This document shows positions 27,228 to 36,782 of a stretch of 64,000 nucleotides of DNA, piece by piece (the first letter of the stretch is position 1; each line of letters opens with the position of its first letter). This DNA comes from Candidatus Doudnabacteria bacterium (lineage in GTDB: Bacteria; Patescibacteriota; Doudnabacteria; UBA920; O2-02-FULL-48-8). The notes under the pieces were generated by a model. That model was not told the DNA's origin and searched no databases. It saw only the letters and a list, made by a program, of their open reading frames with translations. The DNA lies in assembly GCA_016186915.1 (NCBI GenBank), contig JACPKU010000006.1, forward strand, positions 249,619 to 313,618, given 5' to 3'. The translations under genes were made by a program, and so were the position numbers.

Positions 27228-28829
27228 TTATTGTTTTAGAAGATGAGGAAGTAAACTAATCCCTGTCATTTCCGTGGGTTTCTCAATACCTAATAATTCT
27301 AGCATAGTCGGGGCGACATCTGAAAGCACGCCAACCGGGATCACGCTTGCCAATGAGGAAATGCCCCCTTCTTTTTGCGACTTTAACTTAAACTGATTAG
27401 CCACTAAAAACACGGGCACGGGATCGGTTGAATGTTCTTTGTTGATGCCGCCGGAGTGAATGTCCAACAGCTCTTCGATATTGCCATGATCAGCCGTAAT
27501 CACAAGGCAAATATCCTGCTCCAGACACGCGGCAACAATTTTTTTTATACACTCATCAATCACTTTCACAGCCTCGATGCAGGCTTGTAAATTCCCGGTA
27601 TGACCGACCATGTCCGCGTTGGCAAAGTTGACCAGAATAAAGCTGTAACCCCCTTTGAGTCTGGTCAGAACCACCTCGGTAACCTTGTGTGCCGACATTT
27701 CAGGTACATCCTGATAGTTTTGATAGTTGGAGCTGGGGGAGGTCACGATCTCCCGTTCTTCCCCGGGATACAGGTTGATCGCGCCGCCATTGAAAAACAC
27801 CGACACGTGCGCGTATTTTTCCGATTCCGCCACATGGAACTGGCGGAGTCCTTTTTTGCTGATTACTTCGGCAAATCCATTAACTATTTCCTGCGGCTTG
27901 AAAGCCACTTGGACATTTAGATCCTTCGCAAACTCAGTGAGGGTCACCATATATAAATTCTTAGGCTGGGAAACACTGCTGCCGAACTTATCGAATCCTT
28001 TGTCAGTCAAGGCTCTCGTGATTTGTAGCGCCCGATCCGGCCGGAAATTAAAATGAATTACAGCGTCATTGTCGGAAATTTTGGCGATCCGCCCGCCTTC
28101 CTGTTCAATCAAGGTCGGCGGAATCATCTCATCAGTAATGTCTTTTTTATAGTTCTCTTCAATCGCGTCTTTGGCGGATTTGGCGTGAGGACCGTCCGCC
28201 AAAACTAACACTTTGTAGGTTTGTTCTGTCAGATTCCAATGTTCGGCCCGATCCATCGCGTAAAATCTGCCAGTCACCGAGGCAATGCTGCCGGTGCCCA
28301 AGCTTGCCATTTTTTTATTTAATCTGTCCAGCGTATCTAAGGCAATCTTCGGCGGCGTATCGCGTCCATCTGTAAAAAAATGGATAAACACGTTTTTTAA
28401 ATTATATTCAGCGCACAAGCCCAGCAAAGCGTAAAGGTGCTCATCGTAGCTGTGCACGCCGCCCGGACTGACCAGACCCATCAAATGCAGGCTGGAATTG
28501 TATTTTTTTGTATGCTCTATCGCCTGCAAAAATTTCTCATTTTTGAAAAAACTTCGGTCCTCAATCGCCAGCGTGATACGAGACAAATCCTGACCCACGA
28601 TCCTGCCCGCCCCCAAATTCAAATGCCCGACCTCGGAGTTGCCCATCTCTCCCCACGGCAGGCCCACTGCCGGCCCAGAAGCCTGCAGGGTGGTGGACGG
28701 ATAATTGGCCACGAGGTGATTCACCGTGGTGGGTTCTGCCAATGTTATGGCGTTCCCTTGAGATGCGGTGGCAATGCCAAACCCGTCCAGCACCACCAGC
28801 ACTATTTTTTTGTAAGGCTCAAAATTCAT
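27228..28829 (-). CDS. gpmI: 2,3-BPG-independent phosphoglycerate mutase
   Basis: LDGFG, MGNSEVGH, AESEKYAHV, DMVGHTG, TADHGN. Confidence 0.97.
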   Translation of the reverse strand: MNFEPYKKIVLVVLDGFGIATASQGNAITLAEPTTVNHLVANYPSTTLQASGPAVGLPWGEMGNSEVGHLNLGAGRIVGQDLSRITLAIEDRSFFKNEKFLQAIEHTKKYNSSLHLMGLVSPGGVHSYDEHLYALLGLCAEYNLKNVFIHFFTDGRDTPPKIALDTLDRLNKKMASLGTGSIASVTGRFYAMDRAEHWNLTEQTYKVLVLADGPHAKSAKDAIEENYKKDITDEMIPPTLIEQEGGRIAKISDNDAVIHFNFRPDRALQITRALTDKGFDKFGSSVSQPKNLYMVTLTEFAKDLNVQVAFKPQEIVNGFAEVISKKGLRQFHVAESEKYAHVSVFFNGGAINLYPGEEREIVTSPSSNYQNYQDVPEMSAHKVTEVVLTRLKGGYSFILVNFANADMVGHTGNLQACIEAVKVIDECIKKIVAACLEQDICLVITADHGNIEELLDIHSGGINKEHSTDPVPVFLVANQFKLKSQKEGGISSLASVIPVGVLSDVAPTMLELLGIEKPTEMTGISLLPHLLKQ

Positions 28830-30082
28830 TTTTGTTTCAATTCTTCTTCGATGGCCAGCAGTCGATTATATTTGGCGATCCGCTCACCGCGGGCAACAGA
28901 GCCGAATTTGACATAATCAGCCCCAACCCCAACCGCAAAATCAGCGATAAAATCATCATTGGTTTCTCCAGACCGATGAGAGGGAATAATTTTGAGATTA
29001 TGGTCTTGCGCCAGTTTAACCGTGGCCAGACTTTCCGTAATTGTCCCCACTTGATTGGGTTTAATAATTATAGCGTTGGCCGCGTTTAATTTGATCCCTT
29101 TTTTCAAGCGCTCCGCCTGCGTGACAAACAAATCATCGCCAACTACCAATAAAGAATCAGAAAGGCGCTTTCGCATTGCACTCCAGCCTTCCCAGTCCTC
29201 TTCATCCAGCGGGTCTTCAATAGCAATGATTGAATATTTATCCGCCCACTCTTTGAGTAATGACACTAACCTTTCGGCGCTTAACGATGTCTGGTCAGCA
29301 GAAAGCACGTATTGCTTATCGCGTTCTTCATATAGATCAGAGGCCGCGACATCAAGCGCCAGATTGTAATCCTTCCCTTTCTCATACCCTTTCAGTCCGG
29401 CGGCGGCTGTAATCAACTCTAAAGCTTGTTGGTTGGATTCTACCTCAGGCGAATAGGCGCCTTCGTTCCCCAAATCTGAATCTAACTTTTTTGCCCGCAA
29501 AACTTTCTTTAAGCTGTTAAAAATCTCTGAAGCCACCCTGACGCTTTCGGCTATCGTGCCAGCGGTTGGTACGACCATGAACTCTTGCACGTTTAGATTG
29601 GTGTCTCCGTGCAGGCCGCCCTCAATGGTCACAAACATCGGTTTAGGCAAGCTGAATTTTTTGTTCTTGTTCAGGCTTCCAATGTATTTATACAAAGGCT
29701 GTTTCTTTACTTTGGCCGCTGCCTTGCAGATTGCGCCAGAAACTCCAAGTATAGCATTTGCTCCCAGCTTAGACTTGTTTTTCGTCCCGTCTAAATCAAT
29801 CATTATTTTATCTAGTTTGTCCTGGGCAAATATATCTTTGCCCTTCAGCTTTTTCGCGATGATCTGATTAACGTTCTCCACCGCCTTGCCGACCCCCAGG
29901 CCAGAATATAAATCGCCGCCATCCCGCAGTTCTAGAGCCTCGTGAGAACCTTTAGACGCCCCGGAAGGCACCCCAAACACGCCCCGGGCACTCCCGGCCT
30001 CAACTGCTACTTCTACGGTCGGATCGCCTCGGGAGTCAAGAATCTGACGGGCTGTTATATTTTTAATTACTGTTTTAGGCAT
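28826..30082 (-). CDS. eno: Enolase
   Basis: ILDSRG.PTVE, LGANAILGVS, SHRSGET; probable start MPKTV at 30082. Confidence 0.97.
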   Translation of the reverse strand: MPKTVIKNITARQILDSRGDPTVEVAVEAGSARGVFGVPSGASKGSHEALELRDGGDLYSGLGVGKAVENVNQIIAKKLKGKDIFAQDKLDKIMIDLDGTKNKSKLGANAILGVSGAICKAAAKVKKQPLYKYIGSLNKNKKFSLPKPMFVTIEGGLHGDTNLNVQEFMVVPTAGTIAESVRVASEIFNSLKKVLRAKKLDSDLGNEGAYSPEVESNQQALELITAAAGLKGYEKGKDYNLALDVAASDLYEERDKQYVLSADQTSLSAERLVSLLKEWADKYSIIAIEDPLDEEDWEGWSAMRKRLSDSLLVVGDDLFVTQAERLKKGIKLNAANAIIIKPNQVGTITESLATVKLAQDHNLKIIPSHRSGETNDDFIADFAVGVGADYVKFGSVARGERIAKYNRLLAIEEELKQK

Positions 30083-30089
30083 TGAAAAC

Positions 30090-31316
30090 CTATCTTTCCA
30101 GGACCTTAATACCGGGCAAAGTTTTACCTGATAAGAATTCCAGCATGGCGCCGCCGCCCGATGAAATGTGATCAATAAATTCAGAAACCTTGGCCATCCT
30201 GATCATTTCTTCTGTTTCACCGCCACCCACGACGCCAAAAGCGGTCCCTTTTGACCGCGAGGCAAATATTCTGGCTAAACTTAGGGAACCGAAATCAAAT
30301 GGCTTTTTTTCGATCAATCCAAAAGGGCCGCTCCAAACTAAAGTCCTTGCTGGCTTAATATACTCCGCGTACTTTCTAACTGTCTCTGGGCCAATATCCA
30401 TAATCACGTCAGTGGGCTTAACTAGGTCTACTTTGACCGCCCTGATTCTCCCACCCAAAGCCTTGTCTACCACGACGTCAACAGGCAAAACGATTTTTTC
30501 TTTGTGGTTCCGAAGCAAATCTTGAGCCAAATTTACTTCATTCACTTTTGACTTTCCGATCTCGTATCCCTTGGCTTTAAGAAAAGTATTGCCCACGGCG
30601 CCGCCAACTAAAATATAATCAGCTTTTTTGATAAGGTTGTTGATCGTGCCAATCTTATCAACTATTTTCGCTCCACCGATCAAAACAATAAAAGGCGGTT
30701 CGGGATTGTTGATGATTTTATTTAAAGCCTGCATTTCTTTTACCAGCCCTACTCCGGCATATGATGGGAGCCTGGTGGCAACGCCATAGACTGAAGCCTC
30801 TTTGCGGTGATCCACTGAAAACGCATCATTGACAAATATCTCGGCAAATGCAGCAAGCTTTTCGATAAACTCCTCGCTGTTCGCCATTTCTTCTGTATAG
30901 AAACGCAAGTTCTCCAAAAAAAGAATATCTCCTTCTGCAAGCTGCTGGCTCAAATCAGAATAGTCGCGCATGGTAATGTCCGGCTCCAAAAAATTTATGT
31001 GAGGAACAGGATAGCCAGACAGTTTGTCGCGAATCTTAATCACTTTGTAGCCGATTTTTTCACCCAGCTTCAGCGCCACAGGAAAAAGACTTTCGGCTTT
31101 GTCCCAGCCTTCAGGGCGATCCAGGTGAGCGATAATAATCACCTTCGCGCGGTTCTGAATAAGATAATTAAGCGTGGGCATGATATCAGTAATTCTGGAA
31201 TCGTCAGCCACTTCCCATTCCTCGGTGTGAATGTTTTTCTGAAGCGGCACGTCAAACCCCGCGCGCAGTAACACCCTGCGGCCTTTTACATTTACAGATG
31301 TGATTGATTTGATCAT
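30090..31316 (-). CDS. pgk: Phosphoglycerate kinase (divergent substrate site)
   Basis: LENLRF, GGAKI.DK, DIGPET, GGGET, S.GGGAMLEFL.GK.LPG. Confidence 0.93.
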   Translation of the reverse strand: MIKSITSVNVKGRRVLLRAGFDVPLQKNIHTEEWEVADDSRITDIMPTLNYLIQNRAKVIIIAHLDRPEGWDKAESLFPVALKLGEKIGYKVIKIRDKLSGYPVPHINFLEPDITMRDYSDLSQQLAEGDILFLENLRFYTEEMANSEEFIEKLAAFAEIFVNDAFSVDHRKEASVYGVATRLPSYAGVGLVKEMQALNKIINNPEPPFIVLIGGAKIVDKIGTINNLIKKADYILVGGAVGNTFLKAKGYEIGKSKVNEVNLAQDLLRNHKEKIVLPVDVVVDKALGGRIRAVKVDLVKPTDVIMDIGPETVRKYAEYIKPARTLVWSGPFGLIEKKPFDFGSLSLARIFASRSKGTAFGVVGGGETEEMIRMAKVSEFIDHISSGGGAMLEFLSGKTLPGIKVLER

Positions 31317-31771
31317 AAATTGGTTTTTACTTGCCTGCCTAATTTTTGCGCCCGCGCCACAATTTCAGCTGCTACATTGTCAATGTCTGATACAAACAAC
31401 ATCGTGTATTTTCCTTGCCCGGTTTTAATAATAATATTCCCACCGTTTCTCATAGTTTGCATTTGCATACCATACACTTCTGAGATTTTCTCAATTTCTA
31501 ATTCATCCAAATTTTTCAAAAGAATAACATTGGACTTGACTAGTAAACGATTAATAACCAGACTGTCGTTGCATAAAATGTAATTGATATGCAACTTTCT
31601 AATAAACCAAAACATCGCTATAAGCCAAAATAATAGTAAAGCTAAAATTTTATAGTCATCACCCTCTTGGTTAGCAAACAAATCATAAAATAATAATCCA
31701 ACGCCCATCAAAGGAAGAATTGCAACAATTAAACTAAGGGGCAGTACTTTCGTTTTTATCTGATAGTTCAT
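31313..31771 (-). CDS. Hypothetical 2-TM protein with a possible PH-like domain
   Basis: AT-rich ORF, two N-terminal TM helices, overlaps the pgk start. Confidence 0.7.
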   Translation of the reverse strand: MNYQIKTKVLPLSLIVAILPLMGVGLLFYDLFANQEGDDYKILALLLFWLIAMFWFIRKLHINYILCNDSLVINRLLVKSNVILLKNLDELEIEKISEVYGMQMQTMRNGGNIIIKTGQGKYTMLFVSDIDNVAAEIVARAQKLGRQVKTNL

Positions 31772-31777
31772 TTGCCT

Positions 31778-33193
31778 CTACTCTACATATTCCATTTTAG
31801 ACAACTCAGCTGCTCTAAGATTTTCATAATCTACAATGTCTTCCTCATCTCTTTCATACCCAGGACAAGAACTGTAGTCCGCACTAGCTAATTTTACCAG
31901 TGCATCCTGGGCAAAAGAATAATGGTATAAACTTTTGCCCGAAGTACAAGCATCTCCAGATCCGCCTTCAATCAAAATAACATTACTATTGTAACCTAAA
32001 AGTAAGAACGAATATACGCCTGATTCGGCCAATTGGTAAAAATATTCATACTGCTTTTGATTACTTAGTTTATACAACCTGCAGTCGTCACCGTAAATTC
32101 CACAATCAATCTCGTATAAAGCTTGCGCTCCATTTGGCTCAAAAAATTTAAACGTAGAAAGGATTTGGTCAAAGACAGCAAAATATTTTTCCTTCTGCCC
32201 TTCAGGATACACATATTCTATTTGATAAACAAAACTATCTTTAATCGTCAGCGCGACTGTTTTATAAACCCCCAATTCACCTATCGTGTCTATGCTTACT
32301 GCTTGTCGGCTGTCTATCACAAAAGGGGTCTTATTGGATCGAACTGAATAATCTGACAATAATTGTTCTAAATTATAATTGCTCGTGTTTTGCCATTGAA
32401 ATACGTTTATTTTCGCGCCCGACTCAGGAGGACTGGATTCGCCAAGCAATAAGTCGCTTATCGCGTAATCCGGACTTTTGAAAATAATACTAATGCCCAT
32501 TAGTTGGGTTTCCCAATCATTAGGATACTCCACCTCAAATCCATATTCTTCGTTTCTATAAGTTTGCCAATCGTCGCTATCTTCTATATTTTCCGCCTGC
32601 TTGTTGTTTTGTGGCAGCGCGTTGCTAGAATAATCAGTTTTAGTTTTTTGGTCATACCACCATAGCGCGCTTAACAATGCAACAACAAAAACCAGCAAAA
32701 GCAAATAATTTCTTGTGCTGTGTGTATTCACTGCTTGTGTGGCTTGAACAGCTACTTGCTCTGGCTTTTGCTCTAAGACCGTCTCTGGCTGTTGTGCTGA
32801 AAGCCTTTTAACATTGTGGATTAAATAAAACGGAATGATTATCCAAATCAACAAATAAATAATATTCTGGACACTAACTGTGAAGAATAAAAAGTTATAA
32901 GCAAAACTAATCACTGCTAAAGCCATCATCGCAGTTAGAAACCGGATAATGAAGTTTTGTTTCTCTTGCAAAAACCTATCAAAATTAGAAGCTATATAAA
33001 TAGCAGTGATGGATAGCGCCGCGCCAATGATCGAAAAAATCACGGCGGGAATACTCAAAAGCAGATCAGCGATTTGATCAGATCCTAGTCCAAGATAACT
33101 TGTTAGAATAAAAAGAATGCCTGGAATTTGAATTAATCCAAGAATACCGATAACATACAGATAAATTTTTAGCGACTTGGTTGTTTCTCTCAT
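31778..33193 (-). CDS. Multi-TM protein with an extracellular PsbP-like domain
   Basis: Five TM segments, then WQTYRNEEYGFEVEYPNDW...FDQILSTFKF. Confidence 0.75.
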   Translation of the reverse strand: MRETTKSLKIYLYVIGILGLIQIPGILFILTSYLGLGSDQIADLLLSIPAVIFSIIGAALSITAIYIASNFDRFLQEKQNFIIRFLTAMMALAVISFAYNFLFFTVSVQNIIYLLIWIIIPFYLIHNVKRLSAQQPETVLEQKPEQVAVQATQAVNTHSTRNYLLLLVFVVALLSALWWYDQKTKTDYSSNALPQNNKQAENIEDSDDWQTYRNEEYGFEVEYPNDWETQLMGISIIFKSPDYAISDLLLGESSPPESGAKINVFQWQNTSNYNLEQLLSDYSVRSNKTPFVIDSRQAVSIDTIGELGVYKTVALTIKDSFVYQIEYVYPEGQKEKYFAVFDQILSTFKFFEPNGAQALYEIDCGIYGDDCRLYKLSNQKQYEYFYQLAESGVYSFLLLGYNSNVILIEGGSGDACTSGKSLYHYSFAQDALVKLASADYSSCPGYERDEEDIVDYENLRAAELSKMEYVE

Positions 33194-33200
33194 AATAAAT

Positions 33201-34253
33201 TTATTTCCCCACCAGTACGGCCTGCTCGACTAGCCGGTTTGCGTATCCAAATTCATTGTCATACCAAGCCACGACCTTGACCAAATCGCCATCCACCACT
33301 TGGGTCAAGCTTAAATCAATAATCGAGGAGTGGGGATTGCCGATGATATCCGAAGACACCAAAGGATCCTCGGTCACGCTTAATACGCCTTTCCACAAAG
33401 GTTGTTTGCTGGCATCAATAAATGCTTGATTGACCTGCTCTACTGTGACCTGCTTTTTCAGGAGTGCTGTAAAATCGGACAGTGATCCGACAGGGACCGG
33501 CACTCTAAATGCCATACCGCCAAATATGTCTTTAAGATCCGGTAAAACTTCGGTAGCAGCGATCGTAGCACCTGTGCTGGTGGGGACAATGTTTAACGCA
33601 GCGGCTCGCGCGCGACGCAAATCTTTATGAAGTGGCGGGGGAGGACCGTCCACCAAATTCTGCTCCGCAGTGTAGCCGTGTATCGTGGACATCATCATTT
33701 TTTGAATACCAAACTTGCCCTGCAAAATTGCCACAACTGGCGTAATGCAATTCGTGGTGCAAGAGGCGTTGGAAATGATTTGTTGGTTGCCGTATTTGTC
33801 TGCGTTGACCCCTAAAATAAAAGTTGGAGTAGCTCCTTTGTCTTTGGCCGGCGCAGAGATAATTACTTTTTTTGCTCCAGCTTTCAAATGCGCTCCCGCT
33901 TTCTCAGCTGTTGTAAATCTTCCTGTCGATTCCAGCACCACGTCAATATCCAAATCCTTCCAGGGCAAAGCTGCTGGATCTTTTTCAGCAAAAATAGAAA
34001 ACCTCTTATTATCAACTAATAAGGTTCCCACTGAATACGCCTGGGCATTGGCGCGTTCGTGCTTGGTGTCGAACTTAACCACCTTTGTGTAATTGCCGTA
34101 ATTGGAATCGTATTTCAGAAGATGCGCCAAAACATCCGGCTCGGTAAGGTCATTGATGGCCACCACTTCCAATTCCGGATTGGTCAGAGCAATTTTGAAG
34201 GCTTGGCGCCCTATGCGCCCAAACCCATTTATTGCAATGCGTGTTTTTTCCAT
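33201..34253 (-). CDS. gap: Glyceraldehyde-3-phosphate dehydrogenase
   Basis: INGFGRIGR, SNASCTTNC, WYDNEFGY. Confidence 0.98.
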   Translation of the reverse strand: MEKTRIAINGFGRIGRQAFKIALTNPELEVVAINDLTEPDVLAHLLKYDSNYGNYTKVVKFDTKHERANAQAYSVGTLLVDNKRFSIFAEKDPAALPWKDLDIDVVLESTGRFTTAEKAGAHLKAGAKKVIISAPAKDKGATPTFILGVNADKYGNQQIISNASCTTNCITPVVAILQGKFGIQKMMMSTIHGYTAEQNLVDGPPPPLHKDLRRARAAALNIVPTSTGATIAATEVLPDLKDIFGGMAFRVPVPVGSLSDFTALLKKQVTVEQVNQAFIDASKQPLWKGVLSVTEDPLVSSDIIGNPHSSIIDLSLTQVVDGDLVKVVAWYDNEFGYANRLVEQAVLVGK

Positions 34254-34281
34254 TAAAATTGCTGCTTAACGCTTAATTAGC

Positions 34282-34431
34282 TTAAGCGAAAACTGAAATA
34301 AATGCCGCGGTAAACAAAGCCCAGACCAGAAACAGCGCAAACTCCCTGTCATCTTTGAACAACAGGTGTTTGTGCAGCCACTTTTCCAGCGGGATTTCTT
34401 TGTGCAGCAAACTTTTCTTTTGTTTTGCCAT
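34282..34431 (-). CDS. 49-aa small membrane protein (not in the ORF track)
   Basis: MAKQKKSLLHKEIPLEKWLHKHLLFKDDREFALFLVWALFTAAFISVFA*; ATG start and C-terminal TM. Confidence 0.6.
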   Translation of the reverse strand: MAKQKKSLLHKEIPLEKWLHKHLLFKDDREFALFLVWALFTAAFISVFA

Positions 34432-34470
34432 ATTGTTTTTTCTAGAATCAAGCCTAGCTCTTCATGATAG

Positions 34471-34523
34471 CTCTCTCCCGCAAGCGGGAGGGAGTGTCCC
34501 GCCAAGAGCGGGACGAGAGAGGG
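34471..34523. repeat. REP-like double hairpin
   Basis: CTCCCGC-AA-GCGGGAG and GTCCCGC-CAAGA-GCGGGAC within CTCTCTC...GAGAGAG. Confidence 0.7.
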
Positions 34524-34544
34524 CCAAATTCATGTTAATTATTT

Positions 34545-35447
34545 TTATCTAGTTGATTTAAATTTCCGGGCCTGCTTGTTTGCCTTCAAAAGTTTAATCT
34601 TTTTTTCCGCTTCTTTCTGCAAAGCGTCAGTGGCAGGACCAAGAATTTTTCTGGGATCATAAATTTGCGGATGTTTTTTCAGGTTCTGTATGAGCGCTTG
34701 ATTGAATGCGACGCGCAGGTCAGTGTCTATGTTGAAAATCACCACGCCCAACCTGATTGCTTGTCTGATCTGCTTGTCGGAAACTCCCGAGGCGCCGTGC
34801 AGAACCAGCGGGACCTTGACGGCTTTGCGTATCTGCTTCAGCCTGTCCAAATCAATATGCTCTTTGAGAGTCTTTAAAATTTTCTTGACTTTCGGGTTTA
34901 TCGGGATGCCGTGCCACGAGCCTACTGCCACGGCCAGTGTATCAATTCTTGTCTCGCGCACAAACTCTGCCGCTTGGGCAGGATCTGTCATTAGATCCTC
35001 ACCTGACTTCACATCCTGCCAGTCTTCATTGCCCAAAATCCTTCCCAGCTCTGCCTGCACCCACACGCCTCGTTTGTGCGCATAGCTCACTACCTGCTTG
35101 GTCAACTTTATATTTTCTTTGAAAGGCAAGTGCGAAACATCAATCATCACCGAAGAGTATCCCTGGTTAATCAACTTCTTAATCAAACCAAAGTCTTTGC
35201 AATGATCCTGATGCAGGGCGACTGGCACTTTCGCCTTCCTGGCCTCTGTCTTTATTATACCAGCTAATTCTTCAATCCCCGCATACTCCAACGCCCCTAC
35301 CGAGGTTTGCACTATTATTGGAGCTTTCTGCGCCTCTGCCGCCCTGATAATGCCAAGTGTAACTTCTAGGTCCTGCGTGTTGAAAGCCGGCAGAGCATAT
35401 TTGCCCAGCATCTTGCGATTGATCAGTTTTCCAATGTGTACGAGCAA
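34545..35447 (-). CDS. fba: Class II fructose-bisphosphate aldolase
   Basis: ALHQDH, SSVMID.S, AELG, LVLHGASG, NIDTD. Confidence 0.95.
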   Translation of the reverse strand: MLVHIGKLINRKMLGKYALPAFNTQDLEVTLGIIRAAEAQKAPIIVQTSVGALEYAGIEELAGIIKTEARKAKVPVALHQDHCKDFGLIKKLINQGYSSVMIDVSHLPFKENIKLTKQVVSYAHKRGVWVQAELGRILGNEDWQDVKSGEDLMTDPAQAAEFVRETRIDTLAVAVGSWHGIPINPKVKKILKTLKEHIDLDRLKQIRKAVKVPLVLHGASGVSDKQIRQAIRLGVVIFNIDTDLRVAFNQALIQNLKKHPQIYDPRKILGPATDALQKEAEKKIKLLKANKQARKFKSTR

Positions 35448-35453
35448 TTTTTT

Positions 35454-35483
35454 CCCTGAGCGGAGCGAAACGGAGTCGAAGGG
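35454..35483. repeat. REP-like repeat D abutting the GIY-YIG stop (CCCTGAGC...GTCGAAGGG)
   Basis: Inverted relative to 35758-35776; near-identical reverse complement at 47991-48020. Confidence 0.85.
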
Positions 35484-35750
35484 TTATTCCCATTTACCCC
35501 ACTCGCCAGTGATTAATTTTTTTTTCTTCTTTCTCGTCCAACCTTTTAATTGTTTTTCACGTAAACTTGCCTCTTCAAAACTTTCATATTCTTCTAAATA
35601 AACTAGTCGCTTTGGTTTGTGCTGTTTTGTATATTCTCCCCCTAAACCAGATATATGCTGGATCCATCTCTGATCAGGCTTCCAAGTTCTGCCAACATAA
35701 TAAGACTTGTCTTCGCATTCTATTATATACACATACCATTTCCACTTCAT
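35484..35750 (-). CDS. Small GIY-YIG nuclease (UPF0213/YhbQ-like)
   Basis: YVYII.C.D.SYYVG.T, R..QH..G, YT....P..LVY.E, REKQLKGW.R.KK. Confidence 0.92.
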   Translation of the reverse strand: MKWKWYVYIIECEDKSYYVGRTWKPDQRWIQHISGLGGEYTKQHKPKRLVYLEEYESFEEASLREKQLKGWTRKKKKKLITGEWGKWE

Positions 35751-35757
35751 ACGAAAT

Positions 35758-35776
35758 GCCTTCGACAAGCTCAGGC
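35758..35776. repeat. REP-like repeat D upstream of the GIY-YIG ATG (GCCTTCGACAAGCTCAGGC)
   Basis: 7 bp upstream of the ATG at 35750. Confidence 0.85.
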
Positions 35777-35777
35777 A

Positions 35778-35987
35778 TCAAAAGCTAAATCCTGCTCTCA
35801 TCACCTCCCAAAAACTTGGCAAATTAGTGGATTGCCCAGTCTGCTTGCATACTGCGTAAGCAATGTGATAGTTACACTCCAGATTGGTGTTCTCGGTTAT
35901 TGCCTTGATCCCACGCCAATAGAAAAAGATAAAAGCGATCAGCAGAAGCCAAATCAACCTTGTTCGATTTTTTTTACGTAGAAGCAT
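35778..35987 (-). CDS. Small single-TM hypothetical protein
   Basis: ATG start, TM helix, two Cys; fills the gap between neighbours. Confidence 0.6.
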   Translation of the reverse strand: MLLRKKNRTRLIWLLLIAFIFFYWRGIKAITENTNLECNYHIAYAVCKQTGQSTNLPSFWEVMRAGFSF

Positions 35988-35990
35988 AGG

Positions 35991-36740
35991 TTAATCTATA
36001 AATTTGAAAGTAGAAAGGATTCGGTTAATTACTTTAATATCACTATCGTTAATATCGGCGCTTATAGGGATTTGCAAACCAACTGGCGGGTACTCCTGGA
36101 CATTTTCGGTTCTTGCCTGAGCATAAAGGACACCTGAACTCGTCCATGAAGATGAAACATCATCGAATTTAATTCGATACAAGAATACTTTGCCTTCTCG
36201 GGTGGCAAATTCCTTACCATCAGTGCCAGTTCCTAATACACGAAGTGGCGGAACCTCTGCGCCTTTTGGCAGGACAAATACTTTTCCTTCCTGACCAGAA
36301 AACTCGAACACAGGATCAACCCCGCCTGAAAGTGAAGTTTTAACATTCCATCCGGCCGGATATTTTAACTCAAACCCATATTCTTCATTGCGGTAGGTTT
36401 GCCAGTTGGCAGTCTCGTCAACTTCGTCCGGCTCAATCACTTCCCAACCTTCCGGCACATCGCACGGGGTGGGGAATTCTTTTACTTCGCCAGTTTGAGG
36501 GTTGCGAGCCGGGGTAACCACCTGAATGCAGACCCCTGACATATTATTCTTATTATCCTTATCAGACCTATTATCCCTATCGTTCCTATTTTCAATCCAA
36601 TACACACCAGCCACAACCACGGCAAAGATCAACACTAAAAACACATAACCCCATATTCTATGTCTGCTAAGCCAGCTCGGCTGAGGTTCTGGTTCTTGTT
36701 GGTGATTTGTGGAGTTAAACGAATTTATATTATTTTCCAT
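35991..36740 (-). CDS. Membrane-anchored PsbP-like-domain protein
   Basis: TM, N/D/R low-complexity linker, CIQVVTPARNP.TGE...FPTPCDVPEGW module, WQTYRNEEYGFELKYP..W...ILSTFKF. Confidence 0.8.
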   Translation of the reverse strand: MENNINSFNSTNHQQEPEPQPSWLSRHRIWGYVFLVLIFAVVVAGVYWIENRNDRDNRSDKDNKNNMSGVCIQVVTPARNPQTGEVKEFPTPCDVPEGWEVIEPDEVDETANWQTYRNEEYGFELKYPAGWNVKTSLSGGVDPVFEFSGQEGKVFVLPKGAEVPPLRVLGTGTDGKEFATREGKVFLYRIKFDDVSSSWTSSGVLYAQARTENVQEYPPVGLQIPISADINDSDIKVINRILSTFKFID

Positions 36741-36752
36741 ATCCCTTTTCTC

Positions 36753-36782
36753 CACATTCATACACGACTGTATGAATGTATT
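36753..36782. repeat. Palindromic repeat A, downstream of the TrpR-like gene
   Basis: CACATTCATACACGACTGTATGAATGTATT, identical to 37281-37310. Confidence 0.97.

Noticed and set aside
34266-34505. 79-aa Cys-rich ORF
   Set aside because: It starts with TTG inside a REP-like hairpin; the alternative frame 34282..34431 is more protein-like.
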